Below are positions 25,480-37,780 of a DNA stretch of 64,000 nucleotides, in pieces. Origin of the DNA: Camelus dromedarius (lineage: Eukaryota). The position numbers and the translations under genes were made by a program. The stretch lies in NCBI RefSeq assembly GCF_036321535.1, contig NC_087437.1, positions 9,736,001 to 9,800,000 on the forward strand. The letters run 5' to 3'. Under the pieces are notes generated by a model. It saw nothing but the letters and a program-made list of their open reading frames with translations. It had not been told where the DNA came from and did no database searches. How positions within the stretch are numbered: position 1 is the first letter of the stretch; each line of letters starts with the position of its first letter.

Positions 25480-25720
25480 TGTGTTAAGTATCAAGTGTTA
25501 AATGACAGATGTTTAACACGCATCACCTCATTTAAGCATCATAAAAATGGAAAAGAAAACAATGCAAAGCTATAGTTTTTCCTGCTCTTATAACTGAGGA
25601 AACTAAATTTAGAGTGCTTATGTAACCTGCCTAGGATCACACACCTAATAAATGGTAACTTTGGGATAAGCACTTGGTTTTATTTACCTTCATATTGCAA
25701 GCTTTTAAGTATTATGCTGT
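25480..25720 (-). mobile_element. MIR SINE
   Basis: ctgaggaaactaaatttagagtgcttatgtaacctgcctaggatcacacacctaataaatgg. Confidence 0.75.
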
Positions 25721-26284
25721 TCAGTATGTATTAATGTATTAGATATCCCTTTTTTGATTTCAACAACTAAATAAAATGCTCTTATTTTCATATTCCTTTA
25801 CCAACTAAGTAAAACCATTTACATTTGGATAGACACATCCTATATGTCCAAAAATGTTAAGATAGTTTCTATACCTAAAAATGTATGCTTTCTACCTCAA
25901 GTACAAAAGAGGTTCTGAATATTCAAGATAGCTTCATCGTCTGGGTGCAAAAATGTGTGACCGAAACAAGGATGACATTGGAATATGTTATTTTTGGATA
26001 CATACATCCCTTGTATTCGCAAATCTAAGAGAAAAGGGCAACTGCCAATTCCAGGATTTCTGACCGTAAGATGATATTAATCAAAGTAACTATTGCAATA
26101 CAGGTTTTACTGTTTATTTATAAATCACTTGAAATAGCAGACTCCTTTCTAAATTTTTTGTGCTTTCAATGCACAGGACTCTGCATAACTTTTATAGTCC
26201 AGATATGATTTCTCCATCCTGATTTTCCAGACTCGTCAGAGATCTTTTCATAGTCTTTGGAAATATTGGTAGAGGCAAACAATC

Positions 26285-26450
26285 ATCACTTCAGCACGCA
26301 TTTATTACTTGGTTACAGGGTGGCAGGCACTCTCCTAGGTGCTGAAGATAAACTGATGTGCAAGACAAGGATGGTCCTGCTGTTACACAACTTACTGACA
26401 ATTATGGGAAGAACATGGGCTTTGCATCAGGCAAATGAGATAACAAATGC
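26285..26450 (-). mobile_element. L2 3' end fragment
   Basis: ttcagcacgcatttattac...ggcaggcactctcctaggtgctgaagata...aagacaagg...gtcctgc. Confidence 0.65.
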
Positions 26451-28539
26451 CAAATAATTTTGACAATATGTAAGGCTTAGTTTGTCAGTGAAAGTTTAAA
26501 GACAACCCAACTACTTACTCAAGCCAAATACCCAATACTTGACTCTCTAAAAGGATACTGAAATATCTTTCAAAAAGACTAAAAGATTTTGAGTATGTAG
26601 TTCATTCTTTTTTGTGGACTAATTTATACAAAATACATTAACCTCTTTAAACCTCTCTTTAACCTCTCTTTAAAAAGGAACCTTTATCACTCAGGTAGCC
26701 CTTATTAGAATAATATTAAATATACAATTTAAGTGGCCCTATTTAAAAGAAAGTGTATACATTCTATAAAATTATATAATTTTAGTTAAAGAAAACTATA
26801 TAAATATACCTATTAGCTTTTCCTCTTTCATATAAATAAAACAATTTAAGTATCTACTACAGGTTGTATTCAGAATGTGGCAAAATTTCTTTTTCCTAGA
26901 GTTGACTCACATTTTTGAAGTCTTTTATCTCAAATATCATCAAGTAATGAAAAAGATTAAGGAAACAAAGGCACATTTAAGCACTGTGATATTCTTTAGC
27001 CAATAAAAGCAGATTGGGAAAATTTCATAACATGAGAAATTACTTCTATACAAGTGAAAAACAAACACACGATGTAAATTTACATATAATCTGTTTACAG
27101 CTACGTGAAACACAAATGGGAGGCTCAGGAATAAATAGTAATAGTAGTTGATTCTGAATGGTGAGATTAGAGTTGGCTTTTTTCCCCTTCATTGTCCCAT
27201 ATTTTAAAAATTCTACCTGATGACCACTTATTACATTTATTATGAAAAAGTAAATCAATATACTTGAAAGAAATAAACCAAGAAGAGAGCTCGTACTGAC
27301 CTACTGAATGAATGGCTTATGCTGGTCAGAAGTAGGCCAGACTATACAGACAGTCCCAGTACATGAGCCCTGGTGAGGCATCATTTTTACTAAATATATG
27401 CATATGTTTGGAAGGCAGTAGTTTCTTCCGTGATTATGCCCACCTTGACCTATAAAATAAGACTGTCTGCCAACAATTTAGCAGGGGAAAATACTGGAGA
27501 AGAAATTTTCTTCCAAGGCCATAAGATTTATTTGCTTACACATGAGGGGATCCCTGATCACAGTAAGAAAATGAAAATTATATCATCTGAGTCAAAAATT
27601 AATTTTGCACTGGGAAGGGGATGGGCAAGGATAAAAAATCTTAAAGGAAATGGAAAGTAACATATGTTCATAGAAGAGTAGGGGAAAAAGGGAATCTCAA
27701 ATTAATTCTTGTAACTGTGCTGTGACATCACAAAACATTTATAGATTTTGCAAGAAAACTGTGGTGTTTTGAATGGCACTCTGTGAAGTAGGTCACAATA
27801 TGTTTGAGTGATTTTTTACTCCCAATATGGTAAAAGTGTCATTTAAATTCTGGAAGGGAAATTTTGCCCATTTGAGTTACACCGAGAAAAAATTCAGGAG
27901 TCATCATCCACACACTCTTGGCAACTGGCTTGAAACCCAAAATATTTGATCAATTTATCTTTTTTTCCCCACCTAACCTCCACACCCAGAACCACTAAGA
28001 TACTATGAAAGTCTGTGGCTGCACACAACAGTGTGCTTCTAGACTGTATCATGTGAAAGGTTTAAGGACTAGAATTATCCTGGGAATGACTGCTGTAGTA
28101 ATCCGGTGTTTGCCTGTGGGCGCACGTGTGTGTGTGTGTGTGTGTGTTTTAATTTTGCAGATGTGGAGCTTAATTTCATCCTACAGATTCTTAGAAATAG
28201 TTAAAAGTTGGCGTAAGCAGAGAGCGCCTCTTTGGTAAGCTATATGAAACAATGTATCTCGGCATAACTTGAAAAAAATAAAACTGGAAACAGTATTTTT
28301 CCTAGGAGGCAACATGTCTTGAATTTGAGTTATGTGCATTGTTTCGACCCACTCTTTTTTTGAGACAATTACTGAAACGTCATCACTTGTACCAAACCAC
28401 CAGCTTTTGGTATCAAGACTGTCTTGAAAAGTGCTAATCTTCTCTTCTCTACCCGAACCCAGGGTAACAGGTTGCATCCCAGATGGACCCTAAATTTGGT
28501 GTAATTCAACTGGTTAATAATTAAAAGTTGGAGAACAGA

Positions 28540-30032
28540 CACAGGTGCCAGCTGAAGGAGCTCCCGATGCCCAGGGCTAAATAACTAAATAACATATTAT
28601 TTAATTATAACCCAAAGTATAGTGTGGTCATTTTGATAATGTTGATTCTTCCAATCCAAGAGCACAAGATATCTTTCCATTTCGTTGTACCATCTTCAAT
28701 TTCCTTCATCAATGCTTTATAGTTTTCAGAGGTAACCCCCTTGGTTAAGTTTATTTCTAGGCATTTTGTCATTTTTGATGCAATGGAAATATTTATGCAA
28801 GTTATAAAATTCTGGTTTTTGAGGTGAAAACAAAAGTGAATGAAGGGCTGCAAATGGCAAGATATCCTTCTTTCTTATGGATGAGTTGTATTCCATTACA
28901 TATACATGCTGCATCTTCTTTATCCATTCATCTATTGATGCGCACTTGGGATGCTTCCATATCTTGGCAATTATAAATAATGTTGCTAATAGCAGGGTAT
29001 ATGTATCTTTTTAATTAATTCTTATTTTGTGGTTGGCTTTATTCCTTTGATAACTATGTAAGTTTAAAAAGCTAAAGCTCTAATTGTTCTTAGAAACAAA
29101 GAACGGTACATATACGTAAATTTTAAAAATATGTGCAGCATACTGTGCATATGTATTTACATGCAATATAATGTCTATGTGCAGTCAAATATTAACAATT
29201 CTAACAGTTTTCCAATAAAACTGAAAAATGAAAAAAAAATTATAACCCAAAGTATAAGATACATATCAATGAGTACATAATGATTTAAAAAAAAGTAAAT
29301 GGTGAAGAAGATACAACCTCCCATATAGGAGTATTCCGAATAATTTAAATAGATGTGCCCCGCAGCAAGGAGGGAATGGTGCATGACTACCCATCCCTTA
29401 AGTGTAGGCTATATGCCTACTGGCCTGCTTCCAAACAGCACAGTAAGGAGGGAGAAGAAAAAGTCACTGCACAGTGGAGAAACCTGACAAACACTACCTA
29501 AGCCAGCTAACCAAGGCAACAATCGTGGTAAGTCATGTTGGTGTGACATGTATCTCTGATAGGATGCGTTGAGAACTGTGTTCCACCTCCGCCATCTTCC
29601 TCGTAAAAACACATAACCCAAGTCAAGCCACGTCAAAACATCAGACAAACCCCAGATGAGGGCTAGTCTACAGAAGATGTGACTATTACTCTGGAAAGCC
29701 ATCAAGGTCATTAAAACAAGGAAAGTCAGAAATGATCACAGCCCAGGGCAGCCTAAGGAAGTATTAGAATAAATAAAGTGTGGTGTCCTGGATAGGATCC
29801 TGGAAGAGAAGAAAAATGGTTAAAAAAATCTGATAAAATCTAAATACAGTATAGAGTTTCAGTAATATCAATATACATTTCTGGTCCATGGGTTGTGGCC
29901 AGTGCACTGGACTAACCTGCCAACCGCAGAGGAAAGTGTGTGGGTGGGGCCTATGGGACCCTGCTCACTTGGCTTTTCTGCAAATGTAAAACTATTCTAA
30001 AATAGGAGTTTATCTAAATTCGAAAAAAAAAA
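28540..30032 (+). mobile_element. Old L1MC/L1MD-type 3' UTR interrupted by a retro-insertion at 28622-29237
   Basis: gtgccagctgaaggagctcc; ataacccaaagtat; cagtggagaaacctgacaaacactacct; aacatcagacaaaccc; ggtgtcctggataggatcctgga; aaactattctaaaat followed by an A tail. Confidence 0.85.
28622..29237 (+). mobile_element. Polyadenylated retro-insertion containing two antisense L1 pieces and non-L1 AT-rich sequence
   Basis: Perfect 19-nt TSD aattataacccaaagtata at 28603-28621 and 29238-29256; AATAAA at 29214-29219 then an A tail; minus-strand ORF 28605-28853 contains L1 ORF2 [18 protein letters not shown]. Confidence 0.85.
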
Positions 30033-30563
30033 GTTAAGGATTGGTCAGGACCTTTCTCTCTTTCTCTCTTTGACCCATAAGACAAAAATTTCTTTAAAGT
30101 GTCTGCTCTGGGGAAGAACTAAGAAGCTTCTCTTTTCTTTACCCCTCACTCAGTCCCCTCCACAGCAGGACAAGTAAACTGTGTGACACGGAGGGTGATG
30201 AAAATGACCCCGGACTTGAGTGGGGCCACCATCTTGATGCTGTACTTCAAACTGGCTTAAAATTACATTCTCTTATCTTCTCCATCACCATATGCAAACA
30301 TGAAGTGCAAAGGCCTCCCACCCCTGGTTTCTCCAGGTGCCTGCATGTGACTGAGAGGTAAATTCAATTTAGGGAGTAAAAGGTGGGAAATCCAACATAG
30401 ACTGTGGTTTCAAGTCATTTTCTCTAATTCAGTTTAACTTTGTCATTTTCTCTAAACAACTAACTCGCCAACCCATTAACAAAAAATCTAACACACCTCA
30501 AACTGAGTTCTCGTGTCTAATAATGATGGGTTCCAGTGCAGATGAAGGATGGGCTGTTTTCAG

Positions 30564-30595
<32 letters not shown>

Positions 30596-30597
30596 AC
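30564..30597. repeat. (CA)n microsatellite
   Basis: Near-perfect CA run. Confidence 0.95.
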
Positions 30598-32699
30598 TGT
30601 GTTATCCAGCCAGTCTCCATATAATTAAGAATTCATAAACTTCATTTTTTGTTTTAGTAAGTCAACCCTATCACAACAATCAACAATCATTAATATCAAA
30701 TTAAAAGTATTTAAAGAAGTGTATATTAGTTGACAACCAAACCTAATTTATTGAGTGGAAAACCCTCCTTATGAATAACATCAATGTTTTATTTCAAAGC
30801 TAATAAGCCAGGTTCCAGTGTTTTGCCTATGATTGGTTTTATCCCTTTGGCTTTATCCCTTGTTCTTGGACCTGCTACCTTGTCAAAATGGCAAGCCTCT
30901 AAGAGCTCCAAGAATCTTGAGACTCTACAATAATTTGTACTGACAATGAGCTAACAATAAATGACATCTGCCAACAGGCAGGTTAGAGCACAATAAAGCA
31001 TATTTTGAAAAGGATTTTGCACATGACCTATAAAGGCAGACAACTGTAAACAGCCTAAGTAAACCAAAATGAAATATTCTTGTTTTTGAAAGAGCTTCTC
31101 CTGCCACAGATTACTTTTAAATGAGGTAGAGGGGGACTTATAAATGTTGATCACATTTAGCACAGACTTGCTTCCATAAATAGTGGTGGAACCAATACTA
31201 AACATAAAAATCCCTCTAGAAATCTTAGTCTGACAATCAATTTTCGTCTAGATGAAAGTAAAATAAAAATCTGAACTATAGATATTTCATTTTGATATGG
31301 CTGAATAATGACTAGGTTAAGGTGGATGACAACCTAATATTTAGTAAAAAAAAAAAAAATCCAGAAGTTCATTTGATAAAATGCTTTAATTCTTTGAGTT
31401 TTAATAGTATTTATACAGAGGGTGTCAGGTAAGAAGTTTTGGCTATTTCTTTCAAAATTAATCTCTTTGAGAAAATAAAAGTAAAAGTCTAAACATTGCC
31501 CAAATGTAAGACAAAATTTGCTCTCAAAAAATTATCTCTCTGAAAGGAGGAATCTACTGATACTGAATTCTTCATGAAGTCTAATATAAAGAGCTTTCTC
31601 AATTACTTTATTGTGAAAAAAAGTGATGTTTGGGGAGGACATATCAATCTAGAACACTTCACTATAGGGATGCTGTACTTTGTATAATCTGTGCAAATTG
31701 TTATGGAGTTTGTAGTTCTTACTCAAGTTTTCTTGACTAGCTCAATAAAAAAGAAAATAGAGAAAATAATAAAGATTTAGTCATCATTTGTCAGGATATG
31801 ACCTCACAACTGCAACTCCAAGTTATCATTTTGAAGAAGCTGTTCAAAGGTGATCCTAAAAATTAGTAAAAGATTATGGAGATCATTAATAAGCATTAAT
31901 GGTGTGAAATTGTTAGAAAAAAATATACTACTACTGTTATGTGATTGGATACTGGTTACTTGGAATAAAGTTCCAGAGACAACCCTATAAATGGATTTTA
32001 AAATCATTCATGTAATTTGAATTAACTTAGAAAAAAATGAGAAAACTATTAGGAATTTGAAAGGTGGTTCCAGTGATGACAAAGACATTGTTGCCAAAGG
32101 TGCCTCATGACATTAAGTTCATAAATGAAATATTACAAGTCAATATTTTAAAATCTAATCCTCATTTTTTAAACTTAAGGAAGAAAATTAGCCATTCTTT
32201 TGTCTTTTGTTAGAAAAAATCAGGGATTAACTTTTATATTCTGTATTTCCTTATAGTAGGATTTATATGGCATAAATTACATCTATGTATACAAATCTAT
32301 ACGTGTGCGTGTGCGTGCGTGTGTGTGTGTGTAGATGCTGTGAAGCCAAGCCATTTCATCAGTGAGTTTTCCTCTATTTTTAAGACCAATTTAGGAAAAA
32401 ATCCTATTGGACTATAATAGCTAAATATAAAATATATATATTATACAGAATTTATAAATTATATTTATATCATCTCACCCTTGAGAAAATTATAGATGAC
32501 AGCAGTCTTTTCACACTTCATTTTAAAAGTGTAAATAATCCATAATTAGAGCTATAAGGTATGAACATAAGAAAAATTTTGCATTGATCTCATTCCCCAC
32601 TAGAGTGCAGTATGAATTTAGAATTAAAACTACAATATCAGGAGATTCCCATAACACTAGGCATAAAAATAGCATTATTATAATTTTGTGAATGTATGA

Positions 32700-32756
32700 T
32701 ATGCACATATTTATATGTATATGTATGTGTGTATGTGTATATATACATATATATAC

Positions 32757-32787
<31 letters not shown>

Positions 32788-32790
32788 ATA
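32700..32790. repeat. Compound (TA)/(TG)/(TACA) microsatellite
   Basis: Alternating purine-pyrimidine low-complexity tract; source of the spurious YIYI ORFs. Confidence 0.93.
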
Positions 32791-34639
32791 TTCAGCTTTG
32801 GTGGCCTGTATATATAGTTTATCTAATGAATTCTGCATTAATTCACCAAAATATACCTACAAAAATAAGACAATTAAAGATAAATTGGAGGAAAGCAACA
32901 GAAAAGTGGCCAAACTAAATCAAACATATGTTATCATAAATTCTTTATCAATAAGCAGCAATCGTTTTATACAGAATCCTGACTTAAATATCACTTTTAT
33001 ACCTTAAAAATGAGGATATTTAAATTAGTAATATCTTACTTTTATAATAGGAAAACATTATAGATTGCATGAGGCAAATCAAGATTGACAGATTTCTATT
33101 TCGATTAGTTTTTATTACATCATAACATCAAACTAAATTTATGTGTTAGTAAGATTATGATTTTTCAAAAGGTGTTGGAACACTTCCTGAGTGTTCAAGG
33201 ATTCATAAACAAAATTAAACCAGGAATAAATACAGAATGAAACTTTTAAATGTATCCTTTTCCCTTTTTTAAGCAGTGTGCTTTTAGTATTGTAAACTCA
33301 GAATCAGAATTTCTATTTTGAAACCTGGTATAAAGAAAAATTTACCTTACTCTTTAAGAGACTCATCATAAAATCATGGCTAGTACATCTTTGAGACAAA
33401 AAAAAAAAAGAGCTCAAAGTTTAATCTTAAAAATAAAAGAAAAGGCAATTTTCACAAGGTCACTCTTCAATTAGAACCTACATTTAATAATAGGTCAGAT
33501 ATAGCTTCAATTTCAATGTAATGAAGGTTGTCCCTCAAAATTTCAAAGTCCTATAAAAATTACATTACTATCTATCATTAGTATTTTTACTAACAAGGTG
33601 GAAATAGTTTTTCCTGTATTCTGACCTATTTTTCTTATTTTTGGAATCTCTGCTTGAATCAGTCATGTCCTCGGGGCCTCCTTGACAAAACATGACCCCC
33701 TGAAATTCACACAGCCCAGTGTCCCCGCCATCCTAGCAAGGATGTTGGGAATGAATTATGAGCTGTGCTCTTAAGTTCTCAGGCCACATTTTTACAAGGC
33801 TTCTTTAAATATTAACCCCGTTCTCTTGAGACTGCACCAAATTTCTTTGTGCTTTCATCTGTACCCTACTTTTCAACTAAAACGGCTTATATAAAACTTA
33901 AGAGTGGTTTGCCCCAGAAAAACTTCTGAAGACCTAAATTGGAGAGAGATTGTTTGGGCTTATATCTGGTGAAAAGTCATGTCAGGGAAGGAACCAGGGG
34001 TGCTAAGAATCATTGCAAAGTGATTTGACAAATACTGTTTAATAAGCATCTCTTTTGTGTCCAGCACTCTTAAAGGCACTTGGGATACTAGCACATCCAG
34101 TTAGCAAATATCCTCTCCATGGAGTTTGAGAAGAGGGTAAAAATGTAGGCTACATTGATGTCAGAATGACTTTTGATAATCAGTTACATGCTAAGGAAGA
34201 GTAAAACTGTGACATTTATTGTGCTTAAGATTTGGGGTTGCAAATTCAGCAGTTGGATGACTACATGGTTCAATTATTTTAAGAAACAGCTTTGTTTTCT
34301 CTCTTATTCTTGATGCTTAAAGTCCCAGAATTTTGTCTTCTTTTTTTTTTTTTCATGGACTGTATTTTCTTAAAATATATTCTGATATGTTAGTGATTCA
34401 GCTTTTGTCTCTGCCAAGTCTTTTTTTAATATATGCATTTACTCATAGTATTACCTGCATCCAGTTTTTTTCCCATAAACTTTCTTAAGAATGACATAAT
34501 TACTCTTAGTTTCACATCTTCCCTTCTCTCAGTATCAGAGGAGTAGGGCAGACACTATTGCGATACAGAGTGTCTTCAGGCGGCCTGAAGACATTTTATC
34601 CCAATAAGAGAAAGCTCTCTGACAAATGTACTCACACCA

Positions 34640-35445
34640 GCTGGGGAGACATCCTGGATGGTGGTCCCTAGGATTTCTGCCTCATGGTAGTCAGAAATTT
34701 GCATAGTCTATTCCCCTGGAGAACCTGTGACTTGCTTTTACAAATAGAATTTGGTGAAGCTGATGGGAAGTATGTGATTACATGGGCATGATCATGTTAC
34801 ATAAGTTTGTATCGCCTATTTTTTGAGGGGAGATTCTCCCTTGCTAGCTTTGAAAAAAACAAGCTGCCATGTTCCAAGCTTCATTACAGAGAGGACCACC
34901 TGGCAGGGAGTTCAAGGTGGTCTTTGGCCAACGGCCAGGAAGGAACTGAGGTCATTATAAGTACCTGAATGTGACCAACAACCATATGAGCAAGGAAAAG
35001 GCTTCCTTCCCCAGTCAAACCTTAGATGAGACCACAGCCCAGGCTGACATCTTGGTAACCAACTTCTGAAAGAATTAAAAGGTCTGCCACAACCTCCCTT
35101 CATTGGTTTTCTTATTCAGTATTTTGTATACCCATTTCCTCTGTGCTCTCAGACCATCTGTTTTGTTTAGAGCCGTTTTGCTCCAAAACATGTAAGCCCA
35201 CACAAACTTACTGGTATGTTACTGAGTAATCTGACTCTGAGTCAGTGCGTTTCAACCAGCCGATCAGATGACACTTTCTTTAACTTTTCTCTTCTGCTCA
35301 TCAGCTGCAAAATGTCAGAGGATCCAGATAAGTGATGCCTGGATTCTTGATGTTCAGAAGCCATAAAATAATAAATTTGTGTTGTTTTAGCCATTAACTT
35401 TGCTGTGATAATGTACAATGTCATGCAGCCATAGAAAACTAGTGA
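34640..35445 (+). mobile_element. MaLR LTR (MLT1E/F-like), interrupted at ~35072-35313
   Basis: acctgtgacttgctttt...aagctgccatgtt...cccagtcaaaccttagatgagaccacagccc...AATAAAtttgtgttgttttagcca...gcagccatagaaaacta. Confidence 0.8.
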
Positions 35446-35912
35446 GCCAGTTAACTCTCAGGTATTAATAGTATAATTGGGAATTAACTGAAATTTCCAA
35501 GAAACTATATCTGTTCATCAAGAAAAAGTTCCACAACAACTTACCACTTAAGCTTTTTAAAAAATGATTTGTCTTTTTTTCTTAAATGGTTCAAAAGCTC
35601 CCAGCTGTATCCCTAACCTCAAACATATAAAGCATACTAGACTAAAACAGCTATAAAAATAAATTAATTATTCCCCCACGAAGATTTCGATCACCTGATG
35701 TACATCCCTGGCAGACAACACTAGTCAATCATGACATCCTTTCCTTCAGAGTCTGGATTTGGTTTCACATACTCAACACATCACTCTAGGGATCTAGGGA
35801 TTGCTCAGATTTGCCATATAAGATAAAAACCTATTTGCTATACTAGATACCAGATATGAAAGCAGCTCTTTAGCTCCTTTCCTGTTTGCCCACTTCTGCC
35901 TCCCTCTAACCT

Positions 35913-36387
35913 TGAGAGAACCTAATTATAGGAATGAGATCACTTCGCAATTTGACTTATGCTCTCCTGAATGCATACCATGTGTTTCCTAACCTGCTGA
36001 TTCTTTTCCTAGATAAAAAGAAGAACGAGGAATTAAGAAGTTTAAGACTAGCTCAGTACCCCAAAGACCACTGTTAGCAGTCCTGCAGGGAAATCACACA
36101 GGCAAGGTAACATCTGAAGAGACAAGCAGCCAGTCTGTCTGTCTGTCTGCTGATACAGAACCCAACCTCCTGCCCAATGATTCACTGAGATTCTGCCCTC
36201 CTCTAATTTTTTCCTTTAAAAACTGTCATGGCTGGGCAGAATCTTCTGAGTTGGTCTCGGGACATGAGTCCATCTTCTCCTCAGATCGCTGGCTTTTTCT
36301 GATTAAAGCACCTTTCCTTTCTATTGACACTTGCCTTTGAATTACTGGCTTTTGAGCAGTGGGCAGCTGAACCTGAGTTTGGTAACA
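35913..36387 (+). mobile_element. ERV1-class solo LTR (5' boundary uncertain)
   Basis: CCAAT at ~36175, cctttaaaaac TATA-like box, ATTAAA at 36302-36307, U5 end ggcttttgagcagtgggcagctgaacctgagtttggtaaCA. Confidence 0.7.
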
Positions 36388-36799
36388 GACACACTGAGAA
36401 ATATATCAGATTTGATTTAAAGAAGAGTAGATATCCATTCCAGTGTAAATACATAAATAAAATTATGCCACAGTCATTTTCACTATAGTACTATTTAGCA
36501 CTCCATCATCTGAGTGATAAGTTTGAAGACTGTTAAATGTGCAGAACTCAATAATTCTAGACCCTGCAAAAAGAATCAACATTGAGAATGACACTGTTAA
36601 ATTAGAGCAGTTATTATAAATAAAAAAGCAATGCAGGGTGGTAAATTTAAGACAGAAAAGAACTGCATAGTACAAGAGAGATTTTTTTTTTTATGTGTGT
36701 GGAAGAGTTTAGTGAAGATTTCCTTATACTCATGGTTCTCAAATGTGTTATATTCATATTTAAACTCCAAATAGAGGCATGATAGCTGTGAATACAGGT

Positions 36800-37130
36800 T
36801 TAAGAAGAAATGTGAAAGATCATTAAATGTTAGACAGTAGATTTATAAACTTAAATTATAAGAAGTTAGGTTTCTTAGACCTAAAAGGAAGACTAAGAAG
36901 AACCTTAATAACAGTTTTAAAATATATTGAGGAATATTACTAAATTGAAGGTGATTTTCAGCTTCCATCCATTTCTATTCATATAAGAACAATAATATAT
37001 GAGTTTAAACTACAGCATGAAAAATTTAGGCTACATACAATATTTACTTATTTAAAAAGGAGGCTCATCGGCTGGCTTTTTTAAAATAGGTTTTCACCTA
37101 TCTGGGGTAGTTAACCTTAAATCGTTTTAA
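36800..37130 (+). mobile_element. L3/CR1 LINE 3' fragment
   Basis: aggaagactaagaagaaccttaataacagttttaaaatatattgagg...tttaaactacagcatgaaaaatttaggcta resembles the CR1/L3 3' region. Confidence 0.6.
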
Positions 37131-37629
37131 AGATAAGAGAATAGATTCTTCTCTTTTCAAGTGCTTTGATCTTCAGAGAACAAAACGTTTAATAACAAGG
37201 GACCTTGCTAAAATTAAAAGTTCCTTATAAAAGTATATTTATTTTCCACATTGATATATTTTCATTAAAAATAGTTTTAGTAGTCAAATAAACTAAATTC
37301 CCCCCTTAAAATGCTGCTTTTCAATTAAAATGGAATTTAGCAAAATACTGGGTCTTTGGACAATTAGTCACTTTTTTCACCTTCTTTGTAGCTTTAGTCT
37401 TTTTTTTTTCAGTTCAGTTTTCAACAATATACATATTTCCCATGTTTATATTTACCTTTTAAAATTGAAATGTTAATTAAAAAATAAAATTCTAATTTTT
37501 AGTTAGGTTAAGGTTTTATCTGAGATGTGGGGTACAAAACCACAAGTTTCTCTTTATCAGTACTTGAATTTTACCTAAATATCAACTCCAATTCTCTGGT
37601 GAAGTCAAAGATTGCTTTAAGGAGTTCTG

Positions 37630-37780
37630 ACAGTGATTTAGCGTAGAGCAACGCTCATCAAAGTGCACTGATCCTAACGTCTTCCAGATGTGTGGTCTCC
37701 AGAAAACCTTTCACCCCTCTGGCTATGCTCCCTCACTTGTAAAACGAGGTTAGGTGGACAGATAATCTCTGATTTTAAGG
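37630..37780 (+). mobile_element. MIR3/MIR SINE
   Basis: gatgtgtggtct...ttcacccctctggct...cctcacttgtaaaacgagg...ggacagataatctct. Confidence 0.55.
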
